The position numbers were made by a program, and so were the translations under genes. 64,000 nt of DNA from Eledone cirrhosa (Eukaryota), in the NCBI GenBank assembly GCA_964016885.1, contig OZ024744.1, positions 99,882,001 through 99,946,000 on the forward strand, given 5' to 3'. The notes under the pieces were generated by a model, which worked only from the letters and a program-made list of their open reading frames with translations, did not search any database and was not told the origin of the DNA. Within the stretch, counting starts at the first letter, position 1; every line of letters begins with the position of its first letter. Positions 1-11,386 of this stretch are shown piece after piece.

Positions 1-16
1 ATAAAATAAATCTGTA

Positions 17-78
17 TTTTATCTGATGAAAGCGCACTATAATTTGCCTTGTTTGCCCTTGAAATATGTATAATAAAA
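17..78 (+). ncRNA. Degenerate type I hammerhead ribozyme motif (Penelope-like element remnant)
   Basis: TTTTAT-CTGATGA-AAGCGCA...TGCCCTT-GAAA-TATGTA-TA^ATAAAA. Core CUGAUGA at 23-29, GAAA at 61-64, 6-bp stem I, 6/7-bp stem II, minimal stem III; followed by (TA)n. Confidence 0.5.
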
Positions 79-117
79 CAAATATGGTTTTATAAATATA
101 TATATATATATATATAT

Positions 118-1004
118 GAGAGAGTGAACCTAGCTAAGACAAAAGTGTTGATGAGTAGAAAAGAGGACAAAATTCTGATATGCATGTTCGATATGCAGAA
201 AAGGAACTGGCATAAATTCTATAAAAGGCACACAATGCAGATCCTTGGTACACAAGAGATGTAGTGGGATAGCAGGCAAACTAAAGGTAGGGAGAAATAC
301 GTATGCAGTAGATGTACAGGGAAATTAGACAGTAGAAGTCGCATTGATAGACACATTTTTCAAATGAAGGCAGGTGCTATAGAAGTGGTGGATAGCTTCC
401 GGTACCTAGGAGATCAGATTAGCATGGGAGAGGGGTGTTCCGAGGCCATAGTATCTAGAATAAGGACGGGTTGGAAGAAGTTTAGGGAGCTGCTTCCTCT
501 GTTGACGAAGAAGGGTTTCTCCCTGCGTACGAAAGGCCGGTTGTATGATGCCTGTGTGAGGAGCGTGATGCTGCATGGTAGTGAGACATGGGCAGCAACT
601 GCAGAGGATATGCGATGGCTGGAGAGAAATGAGGCAAGCATGCTCCGTTGGATGTGCAATGTCAATGTGCGTGAACGACCAAGCATGAATGTGTTGAGAG
701 AGAAACTGTGTCTGAGAGGGATAGAATGTAGTGTGCGAAAGAGGAGACTGAGGTGGTATGGACATGTGATGCGCATGGAGGATGACCGAAGGGTGAAGAA
801 GTGCTAGGAAATACCAGTTGAAGGAAGACGTGGTAGAGGTAGACCACGAAAAACATGGACGGAGGTGGTGAGAACAGACCTCAGATCGCTGAAGCTCACG
901 GTGGAGATGACGAAGGACCGTGACAAGTGGAGAGATGCTGTGCTGAATAAGACCCGTCCCACCCTTGCAAGCAGGGAAAAGCGGACGTAAAATGATGATG
1001 ATGA
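118..1004 (+). mobile_element. 5'-truncated RTE-clade LINE (RT C-terminal part, decayed) with (ATG)n tail
   Basis: RVNLAKTKV, FRYLG, SVMLHGSETW, RRLRWYGHVMRM and GRPRKTW motifs; stop at 805-807; 3' end GGACGTAAAATGATGATG; starts at a (TA)n tract. Confidence 0.9.
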
Positions 1005-1249
1005 TATATATCTATATACTATTCAAACTCTGTGATTGCTTGCTTGTCTGTAATGTAATACAGCCAAAAGGGCGCATAATAGGAAAATACTTTGAAAGGA
1101 AGTTGACCCTGAAATGGGAATACAAATGGAATAAAACAGGAAGACGATACTTTGGTTAATGAAGATGTTCCCTGGCAATGAACGGAAAATAGTGAACATA
1201 ATACATCATCAATGTTTGTCAGAATGTCGTAATGCAGACAGCTAGGCAT

Positions 1250-1473
1250 ACAGACAGATATTATAAGGGCGCGACGGAGATGGATAACCAGCACCTAACA
1301 CCCCTTTAACAACAGAAAATTGAAAAATAAAAGCTGCAGTTAATATCTTTAGACCGCAAGGAATATATAAATGCAAGTTTGAAGTCAATCGGAGTAGAAA
1401 TGTGGATTTGTATAGACTTTGCAAAAATGAAGACACACACACAGACAGACAACTACAGTTTTATATGTATAGA
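1250..1473 (-). mobile_element. Non-autonomous Helitron-like fragment (5' end)
   Basis: Reverse complement starts TCTATACATATAAAAC followed by GTCTGTCTGTGTGTG, the same architecture as the Helitron 5' ends at 23951 and 25081. Confidence 0.5.
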
Positions 1474-1514
1474 TAAGGAAAGTGCGAAGATTGTAACAAA
1501 GCTGTGATACATCT

Positions 1515-1615
1515 GATGAAAGGCAAAGCTAACCTCGGCAGGATTTGAACTCAGATCGTAAAGGGACATAACTCTCTCATAAAGCATGCTGTCCGACACT
1601 CCTCTAATACTGCTA
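1515..1615 (-). mobile_element. tRNA-derived SINE, partial (family A)
   Basis: GATGAAAGGCAAAG..CCTCGGCAGGATTTGAACTCAG (box B GTTCAAATC on minus); matches copies near 7195, 17045 and 28095. Confidence 0.75.
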
Positions 1616-1792
1616 AATAATGTTTTCTAATGGCTTAGTCAGAATAGGGGGTGTCAGTTCTAATGTCTTTTTCCATGACCTTCAAGACTGGTAGTAGGTA
1701 GGGAGTAAACCAACTTTAAAAAGACACTAAACGAATTAAAGTGTCAGGTGGTAGAGAGTAAGATATCTTTAATTTGTCACTACACTAATTAA

Positions 1793-2014
1793 CCCTTTAG
1801 CATTTAAACCGGCCGTATCCGGCCTGAATTCTCTCACCTCTTTCTGTTCAAACTGGCTGTAACTTGCTACTCATACTTATGTTAATGTATTGTTGTCAAA
1901 ATAAATAAGATCAAAATCTCATAGATTCGATATTATGTGAGATAATTATGTCAGATAAAGTCTTTAACCACAAAGATATAATAGTACATATAGAGTAGTG
2001 TAAATGCTAAAGGG
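1793..2014. mobile_element. piggyBac-type MITE
   Basis: TIR CCCTTTAGCATTTA / TAAATGCTAAAGGG flanked by TTAA at 1789-1792 and 2015-2018; second copy at 17307-17527. Confidence 0.9.
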
Positions 2015-2018
2015 TTAA

Positions 2019-2103
2019 GAGTACCAGTAATGCACTCGGGTCGATTTAATCGACTTTCCCCTCTCCCACAATTGTTGGCCTTGTGCCTAAACCATAAACC
2101 AAT
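2019..2103 (+). mobile_element. SINE family A 3' part
   Basis: GTACCAGTAATGCACT..GGTCGATTTAATCGACT..GGCCTTGTGCCTA, also seen at 18981-19050 and partly on minus at 28024-28075. Confidence 0.7.
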
Positions 2104-2194
2104 ATTTGTAGCAAAATCGTTGAGTCGAAGAAAGTCACCTGCTAACCATGTCCTGAAACCTGCTTCGATTCTTTGTTGTAATTATATCACAACC

Positions 2195-2384
2195 AAATAG
2201 TTACAGAGTTCGCTTCACTTGGTCATTTGGTACCTGGTTCAATCTCTCTACCAGTCATCTTGGGCAAGCATCTTTTACCATGGTTTCAAGTCAACTGAAG
2301 TCTTCTAAATGAAACTGGGTTGATGGAAAATGTTTGGGCAACCCATCGGATGGTTTGTAAATGTAATTCAAAAGGCCAGCCTTG

Positions 2385-2468
<84 letters not shown>

Positions 2469-2580
2469 TACCACACTGAATCTCCCTTAGAATTACGTTA
2501 CTGGTACACGTGTGTTCATCCTCAAGCATGTTAATTTCACAAACAGGCTGTTCGGCTGGTTGCACAACTAGAACACTCAT
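2195..2580 (+). mobile_element. Diverged SINE (tRNA head, CORE-like CTTGGGCAAG motif) containing an expanded (CA)n
   Basis: GGTTCAATC box-B-like motif, then TCTTGGGCAAG; (CA)n at ~2386-2466. Confidence 0.5.
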
Positions 2581-3238
2581 TATGGAAACTGGGGGAAACT
2601 GAGGGAAACTGTGGGAGGTTCATTCAATTCCAGTTTATATTTTGTTGTGTACGTACTGTATTATATACTGACCTCCTAAAATAGAAAGCTTGATCAGCTA
2701 AGGCTTAAACTTAGTTGACTATTTTCAATAAGGAGCAATTTTTTTTTATCTATTATATGATGGCTGTTTGGAACTGTCTGCTTGAACAACTGGTTTGACG
2801 AGATTAGACTTACAAATGTCAAAATCTGCAGAAAACAAGCAAACTTTGTCAGAATGTTGTAAAATATATTACGAGATATGTAAATTTTTTTTGTTTTGTT
2901 TAATATATTTTTTGCACCCATTTTCAATAGAAATCTCTGTAAAAAAAAAAAGAGTGAAAAGAAGAAAGCCCCCCCAAAAAGAGAAAAAAAATAGAGAAAA
3001 TGGTGAAAAGAGAAATATAATGAAAAAAAAATCTAAAAAGAAATAAGGTAGAGAAAGAGAACAAGAGAATGTGAAAGAAAAACAAAAGAAAGAGGGAGAC
3101 AAATAAGAGAATGTATGTATGTATGTATGTATGTATGTATGTATGTATGTATGTATGTATGTATGTATGTATGTATGTATGTATGTATGTATGTATGTAT
3201 GTATGTATGTATGTATGTGTGTATGTATGTAAGTATAT

Positions 3239-3845
3239 GTCAGGTCACCAGTTGGTGCTACTGGTAACATGAATCCCAGTACAACCTGTTTCATGGTCGG
3301 ATCGTTGGCGACTAAACTGACAACCCCACCAAGGTTTCTTGGTGAGGAGGGTGACTTTGGACATCCTGCAGGACTAAAAACAAAACCTGTCAAAGGGCAA
3401 AGGAGCTCTTAAGAGTCAATAGCCATCCAAAATCACCGGGAGAGAGATGACCCTTAGCCTTTGTCAAGGCAGTATTCTAGGAGAAGGAAAACTCTGATAT
3501 AGCACCTGCAACCCTGATGGTATCCAATGATGTTGACTTGTTCTTCTTTTTGGTAAATATCATCTTGGTTAAGAGAGTGGGACTGGCTTTGTGCACTACA
3601 AAAGCTTCACGGCACAGGCATTGCTTTATATCTGGAGATCTCTCTGCACTTGTCATCACAGGGTACAATGGGCCCAGAACTATGTGTCAATAATTGTCAC
3701 AGGTGTAGTGTTTGTACCAGAGTTTTCAAGTCGCTGGCTGGACTAAAGTCTCACTTGTTTAGCGCATCGGTAGGGGTTTTCCTACATGGATATAAAGTAA
3801 TGGCCGTACTTGCAAACGAGTTGGCAGCCACCATGTATGTATGTA
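3239..3845 (+). mobile_element. Non-autonomous bipartite RTE derivative (family 2, copy 1)
   Basis: RTE-type 5'UTR (TTGTCAAGGCA..TCTAGGAGAAGG) homologous to 7415-7610; C2H2 remnant CSVCTRVFKSLAGLKSH like the end of ORF 9681-11255; 3' GGCAGCCACC(ATGT)n; preceded by (ATGT)n 3111-3238; near-identical copy at 15871. Confidence 0.85.
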
Positions 3846-4560
3846 TTTTCGTATATTTTACCAGAGCAATCCTTATTTATATTTTACATTTTACATTTTA
3901 CATTTACTTACATCTCAATATAACATGGTTAAAATTCAAATTTTGCAAAGAGAAGAAAACGGATAAATGAACTAGATACATCTCACTGTCCCCCGCCACC
4001 ACAATAACGTCTACACTCTCTCCCCACCATCACATTTACATTGACACGTGTCATTACCCTATCTAGACCAAAGGTTCACAACGGGGGACATATGCATCCC
4101 CAGGGAGCGTTTCGGAAATCCGGAGGGGGCGTTTGGGAGCAAGGGGGAATTAGGGGGGGGGGGCGTTTGGAGCTTTGGAGTGCACTGGAAGGCTCTTTAC
4201 TTTGGTAAGTTTTATAAGCCATATTTGTATGTCTTTGAGACAGCCAGTGTGAATGCATTTGAATGACCATGCAGACAGCATAACTATGGTCTGACCGCAG
4301 CTGTGAGCAGGTGTACAGGCGTGTCTAGACATTAACCGGCAATTGAGATCCTAACAATGGAAAAACCCAGTCAACAGGTTCAATGACACTTCAATCGCAG
4401 CCAGTTAGAATCTTGTCTTTCCTTCACTGATAACAATGTATTCCATGTCTGAAATTATTGACTCAACCGTAACGAGTTAACACTATGTAGATCTATTTTA
4501 TTTCCTATTGTCTAAATAATATTACAAATAAAAAAAGAAGAAAAAAAAACACAGAAGCGG

Positions 4561-4995
4561 GTAGCACACACATCTAGGACCACATACAACACATAATCAG
4601 ATAATACACACATCTAGGACCACATACAACACATCAGCAGGTAATACACACATATAGGACAACATACAACACATAAGCATGTAATACACACATCTAGGAC
4701 CACATGCAACACATAAGGAGGTAGCACACACATATAAGACCACATACAACATACAGGCAAGTAATACATACATTTAGGACCACATACAACACATAAGCAG
4801 GTAATACAAACATCTAGGACCACATACAACACATAATCAGGTAATACAAACATCTAGGACCGCATACAACACATAATCAGGTAATACATACATCTAGGAC
4901 CACATGCAATACATAAGCAGGTAATACATACATCTAGGACTACCTACAACACACAGGCAGGTAATACATACATCTAGGACCAAATACAACACATT
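4561..4995 (+). repeat. 40-bp minisatellite, about 11 units, inside the hAT element
   Basis: Unit GTAATACACACATCTAGGACCACATACAACACATAAGCAG. Confidence 0.95.
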
Positions 4996-6058
4996 GTATC
5001 ATGTGCTATGGACGACGCTAGAGCAATGGTCAGCCAACATAAGGGTTTCGTCACTCTTCTGAAGAGAGAAAATCTATCTGTATTTGTTGTTCATTGTGTC
5101 ATTTATCGACAACACTTGGCTGTGAAGAAACTCAGCAAGCCACTGAGCAAGTCCTTGCAGGTGGCCCTTGATGTCATCAATTTTATCAAACGGCATTCCC
5201 TCAATGAACAAATTTTCCGGCAACTGTGCCAAGATAATGACGAAGAATTCGTCAAGTTGCTCCTTCATACTGAAGTGAGGTGGCTTTCAAAGGGCAAGTG
5301 CCTTACTCACTTCTTTGAACTGTTTGACTCTATCATTGAGTTTCTGCGAGAACGCAACACAGAATTGTACAAGAAAACCCTCGATGTGAGGCAAAACTGC
5401 GCCTACCTCACCGACATCGTCAACAAATGCAATAGCATCATTTTGGCTTTGCAGGGGAAGAAGATCACCTTGCTTAAAGCAAGGAATGCTGTGAAAACAT
5501 TCCTGGCCAAATTGAATGTTATCGAAAGGAATCTTTGTTGACGGGAATTCTATAATTTTCCTAGTGTCGCCAATGTTCAAAACATTGTAAGCGATGACCA
5601 ACTCCAAATGTATACCGCTCACCTCCGTGCGGTACAAGACAACATGAGAGAACGGTTTGTCGACCTTTTGCCGATGGACATCCCTATGTGGGTAGCAGAT
5701 CTCTTCATAGCTAACGTCGATGATTTGGACGTTATATTTCAGGAATAATTCATTGAACTTCAAGCAGATAACATGATCAAAATTAGATTTCCCAAAATAG
5801 GTGAACCCCTTTTTTGGATGCAAGAGGAAATTTAGCGTCGATTTCCACACCTACATGCAGACGCTAAGAGATTTGCTCTGCCTTTTCCAAGCTCATACTT
5901 AGTCGAGAGGAGGTTTGGTGCTGTTTCCAGACTGCACAGTAAGGCTCACAACCTCTACAATGTAATTACATGTGGAGATCTCCGGCTACATCTTACGAAA
6001 AATCCAGCCTGACGTCAAAGAGTTAGCTAGACTCCATAAAGTTCAAGGGTCCCATTGA
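4995..6058 (+). pseudogene. hAT transposase C-terminal half (SCAND3/ZBED8/Buster-like), disrupted
   Basis: MDDARAM (degenerate TDGAxAM), HCVIYRQHL, LLLHTEVRWLSKG, FPSSYLVERRF; in-frame stops (e.g. 5539-5541) and frameshifts. Confidence 0.88.
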
Positions 6059-7121
6059 AATGAGGTCAAAGTTAAAGTAAGTTGATTTATCCGAAAACTT
6101 AGATATGCTATTGTTACAAAGCAAACTAACAATTTTTTATATTTGTAGTTGCAGTCTGACTGGACTGGAAACCATCTACTACAATTCACTTACTCATTTG
6201 TTGTATATATTTTACCATTTACTAATAAATATACCCTCCCGCGTGGTCATGAAAACCCTCTTCCGTGGTCTCTAAGCTCACAAAGCAGAGGGGACATCAA
6301 GTTAGATATCAACATTCATTCTGTCTGTTTCATTAAAGGGAAAATTGGAAAGCTTTGAAATGATATAATTGCCACTTTCTTCCAGATAAGAGCACTCTTT
6401 GGATAGACAGAGTTGCTCTTGTATAAATGTTCAAAATAGTTGGTATCGCCTGGTGGGAATATAACAAATTCAACTGGTCCTTATTCATAAAAAAGAACAT
6501 TTATGTTCCTTTTTTTTAAATTGATATATTTCCTTTCAAGGAATGTATTTATACTCTCAGCTGCCTGCAATGGTATCTTTGGAATATTGTTAATCAATTT
6601 TTTAGTAATCTACTGATATCAAAATCAGTAGTATATTGAAAAATGGAAAAATAGGGTAGGGGGACGTTTCGTGATTTGAGGGACAAAAGGGGGCGTTTGG
6701 CCTAAATGGGTTGAGAACCTATGATCTAGACTAAAGTCACCGACCTGTTGTCAAACTCTCTACTCTGTGTTGAATGTGTCGTGTATATATATGTATGTAT
6801 ATGTGTATATATACATCACTCAGTCAAACGACCAGATTTCAACCCCAACATCTACAACAACAACACCGGTACTAATGTTTACAGCAACAACAGCTTCAGA
6901 ATGAGTTGAAATGAACATTTACAACAACAACAGCGGCATCAAACGATTTAAAAAAAAAAAATTAAAAAAAACAACAAGCAAAAATAACTCAAAATAACAA
7001 AACACGCACACACACACACTCACACAACACAACAACAACATCAACTGCCACCGCCACCACCACCACCGCCGCCATCACCATCACCAGCGACCGGGCCTTA
7101 AGAAAACAACTTTAATAATAA

Positions 7122-7275
7122 TAATTGTTCTGCTTTTGGCACGGATCCAGCGACTGGTCTAGCGCATTACTGGTACTCTCTTTTGTTGTCTCCGTGAGGA
7201 TGAAAGGCAAGGTTGACCTCGGCGGGATTTAAGCTCAGAGCGTGGAGAGCCATAACTCTATGCTGTAAAGCAATT
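7122..7275 (-). mobile_element. SINE family A
   Basis: GGATGAAAGGCAAGGTTGACCTCGGCGGGATTTAAGCTCAG, with an (AAT)n tract at the tail side. Confidence 0.75.
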
Positions 7276-7710
7276 ATAATAATACTGGACTGTAATACGT
7301 ATAAGTGTCAATAAGTGAGTTTTTTTTTGTTTTGTTTTTGCGCGCGGGGACATAGAAATAATCGGGCTGGATGCCCGATCGTGCAGTTAAACCACTGGGA
7401 GTGAAGAACCCCTAGCCCTTGTCAGGGCATTCTTCTAGGAGAAGGCATCTCAGGAAACTGGGTTAACTCCGACATAAAACCTGCGGCTCAGTAGTTACCG
7501 ATGATGTTGATCTTTTCTTCTTTTCGGGTTATAGCTACTGTCGCTCAGAGAGTGGGATTGGCTCAGTTCACAGTCTTTCCTCACTTTAAAAATATTCGTC
7601 ACGCACAGGCATTGCACGAGTGCATTAATAATTATTAATAGTGTATTATTATTGTTGTTATTATTATTATTATTGTTACTATTATTATTACTTTTTTTCC
7701 CCCCAATTCA

Positions 7711-10700
7711 ATGATGTTCCAGAACAATATAAAAGAGATAATTGGCAATTTAGGTTCTGAAACAAAAAGGATAATTGGCAATAAGGGCAGGGGCTCCTGG
7801 TTATCACAGCCTGGGCCCGCTCGTCATCGTGCCTTTGTAATAGAGCCAAACAAGGCATTTAGTCTTGGCTGCTGGAACGTACGGACGCTGCTTGACAGGG
7901 ATTCCTTGGAGCGTCCTGAACGAAGGACCGCTCTTGTTGCAAAGGAGCTTCGACATTACGATCTTAACATCGTGGCTTTATCTGAGACGAGGTTAGCTGG
8001 AGATGGTCATCTTACGGAATTTTGTGGAGAATATACATTCTTCTGGAAAGGAAGAAATGAAGGAACCAGAAGAGAGGCTGGGGTAGGATTTGCTGTTAAG
8101 ACTGTACTTGTGAATAAATTAGAAGAATTCCCAATAGGGATTAGTGAGCGTCTTATGTCCATGAGAGTTCCGCTGGACAAAGGAAGATATGCTACCCTGG
8201 TGAGTGTGTATGCTCCAACTATGAATTCTGTCGATGAAGAAAAAGTGTCCTTTTACCATGCCTTGAAATGTGTTTTAAGAAATATCCCTCAGGCAGACAA
8301 AGTCATCGTGCTTGGTGACTTTAATGCTAGAGTGGGTAGGGATTTTAACACATGGAATGTAATTGGAAGGCATGGGGTGGGAAAGTGTAACAACAATGGT
8401 ATGCTCCTGCTGCAGATGTGTGAGGAGCTGGATCTGTGTGTTACCAACACCATGTTCCAACAAAAGAACAAATTCAAGACCACATGGATGCATCCTGCAT
8501 CTAAGGAATGGCATCTTTTGGACTACGTCCTAGTCAGGATGCGTGACAGACAGAATGTGCAGTGTGTTCGTGCTCTTCGTGGAGCTGAGTGCTGGACGTA
8601 CCACCGCCTGGTACGCGCAAAAGTGAAACTAATCACTAAACGTAAAATTCGGGCTCCTGGTGTTGCCCTGCCCAAAATATTGAATGCTGCTCGTCTTAAG
8701 GATAAAAATGTGAAGAGGACATTGGAAGAAGAGATGCAGGCTGCAGATCTTGGTGAGGATTGGCCGACCCTTAAAAAGTCGGTTTATGATGTAGGCAGGC
8801 GTGTTCTGGGATTGGTGCAGAGAAAACATCAGGACTGGTTTAATGAGAATGATGTACATATAGAAGACTTGTTGGCTGATAAGAGGCGTGTTCTGTCACG
8901 CTACTTGACGGCAAAACCACAGGAGAGGAGTACGTTGCATGAGGAACTCAAGGATGTAAAATCACGTGTTAGGCGGAGTCTTTCTCAGATGAAGGATCAG
9001 TGATGGAGTGAGAAGGCTGGTGAGATACAAACTGCGTCAGATTCCAATAACACAAAGCTGTTGTACAGTCTCTTGCGTGAGGTTTATGGACCGTCTTCTT
9101 CTCTGGTGACACCGCTTCGCAGCAAGGATGGCAAAGAACTTCTTCGTGACTCACAAGGAATTCTACGAAGGTGGCGAGAGCACTTTGATGATCTTTTGAA
9201 TCAGCCGTCTGTCGTCAGTGAAGATTTCCTCAATCTCATTCCAGAAAGTCCCGTGAAAGTAGCTCTCGCAGAACCTCCGACGCTTGTGGAGGTTGCAGTG
9301 GCTATCTCGAATCTGAACAGTGGAAGATCTCCAGGTATGGATGGCATACATGCTGAACTCCTACAATATGGTGGTGAGAGACTCCTGCAACATCTTCACT
9401 CTTTGTTTGGCAGGATATGGGCTAATGAATCCGTACCTGAGGACTGGAGAGATGCAGTAATGGTGGTCTGTACAAGGGAAAGCGTAACATGAATGGTTGT
9501 GGGAACTACAGAGGTATATCATTGCTTTCTGTCGTAGGGAAAGTTTTATGTAGGGTGCTTCTGGACCGTCTGCTGACACACATTGCAGATTGTGTTATTC
9601 CTGAAAGTCAATCTGGTTTTCGTGCTGGACGGGGCACTACTGATATGATCTTCTCAGCTAGACAGCTCTAGGAGAAGTGCATGGAACAAGGCTTGGATCT
9701 GTATCAGGTTTTTGTCGATCTGACAAAAGCTTTCGATACTGTTAACAGAGATGCATTATGGAAGGTTCTCCAGAAACTTGGTTCCCCTGATAAGTTCCTT
9801 GCTTTAGTTAGGTCTTTCCATGACGACATGAAGGTTTGGGTTAATGTCGGAGGTAACATGTCGGAGCCTATCTCAGTAAAAAATGGAGTGAAACAGGGGG
9901 ATATTCCAGCACCGACCCTGTTTGCCATATACTTTGCAATGGTTTTCTGTATTGCATTCAGGAATTGCGAGCATTGTGTTTACATCCGATATCGAACCTC
10001 AGGCAGCATATTTAACATCAGGTGCTTTGCTGCAAAGACAAAAGTATTTACATCAATCATAAGAGACCTCTTGTATGCAGATGATTGCGATCTTGTAGCG
10101 CACACAGAGAGTGATATGCAGCACATTTTGAATGCATTTTCTGACATTTGCACTGCCCTAGGATTGACTGTCAGTCTCAAGAAAACCGCCGTCATTTACC
10201 AACCTGCCCCTGGTAAGCAGTACAGTGAACCAAATATCTATGTGTATAGTAAACGACTTGGAGTGGTTGATCAGTTTGTCTACCTGGGAAGCACTGTCAA
10301 TCGATACAGCAACCTTGATAGTGAAATCTCTCTTAGGATTAGGAAAGCAAGCGATGCTTTCGGAAAGCTAGAAAGGCGACTCTGGGGTCGGCGAGACACA
10401 TGCAGGAGGACAAAGGTAAAGGTGTACAAGGCATGTGTGCTCTCTTGTCTTCTTTATGCCTGCGAGACCTGGGTCACATATCGACACCACCTTAAGCAAT
10501 TGGAGCGTTTCCATCAGATGTGTCTCAGACGGATCCATGGCGTTCACTGGAGGGACCACATCAGTGATGTCGAGATTTTGGAAAGCTCTATGTGTGACAG
10601 TATAGAAGCTCTTGTGCTTAAGCAACGACTCCGTTGGAGTGGTCACCTTGCCAGGATGAAGGATTCTAGAATACCAAAACAACTCTTTTATGGAGAGTTA

Positions 10701-11255
10701 GTTAAAGGAAAACGACCGTCACATAAACCAAAAAAGAGGTATAAGGATTCCTTGAAAGCCTCTTTAAAAGACGCTAACATCTCTGCTGATACATGGGAAA
10801 ATATTGCTGCTGATCGTAATAAATGGAGAAAGACTGTATATGAGGGAAAAGTTGCCTTTGAGGCATCTCGAATCGCATACGAGAAAGTAAAGCGGGATGT
10901 GAGGAAGGGCATTGCTGTTGCACTTCCAGACGGAGAGGGTCCTCCTATGGTGCTGACATGCAGCGTCTGTGCGAGACTCTGCCTAAGCAAAGCTGGACTC
11001 GAAAGTCATCTTCGCAGTCATAAAGTAAGACCAGTGGTTGACTACCAGGCTGCTGTTGGAGATGCTACTCATCATGCTTGCCAAACATGTGGTAGAGAAT
11101 GTAAATCAGCAGGAGGGCTCAAGCGACATGCAAAAGAACATGAACTCCAACCACAGCCGGCTATTCCCAGTGAATGTTTTGGTTGCCGACTCTGTGCAAG
11201 ACATTTTAGATCATTGGCTGGGCTAAAAAACCACATTCGATCGCAGCGCTGTTAG
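7711..11255 (+). pseudogene. RTE ORF: AP endonuclease + reverse transcriptase + three C-terminal C2H2 zinc fingers
   Basis: GCWNVRTL, LSETR, GDFNAR, LDYV (APE); NYRGISLL, FVDLTKAFD, GVKQG, YADD, YLGS (RT); three CxxC..H..H fingers. Stops at 9001 and 9669 and a frameshift near 9470. Confidence 0.95.
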
Positions 11256-11386
11256 TTGCTATCGTGTGCGTGTGTGTATAGATATGTTTATGTGTGTGGG
11301 CGTGTGTGTATATATATATGTATATGCATATTATTATTGTTGTTGTTGTTGTTATTATTATTGTTGTTATTATTGTTATTGTTATT

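Larger units (their letters stand above)
4069..6723 (+). mobile_element. hAT DNA transposon (Charlie/Buster type), defective
   Basis: Left TIR CAAAGGTTCACAAC vs reverse complement of right end CATAGGTTCTCAAC; perfect 8-bp TSD ATCTAGAC at 4061-4068 and 6724-6731. Confidence 0.92.

Noticed and set aside
3239-3330. HDV-like ribozyme at the 5' end of the RTE derivative (GGCTAA J4/2-like motif in copy 2)
   Set aside because: I could not build P3/L3/P1.1, and the putative P2 is broken in copy 1.
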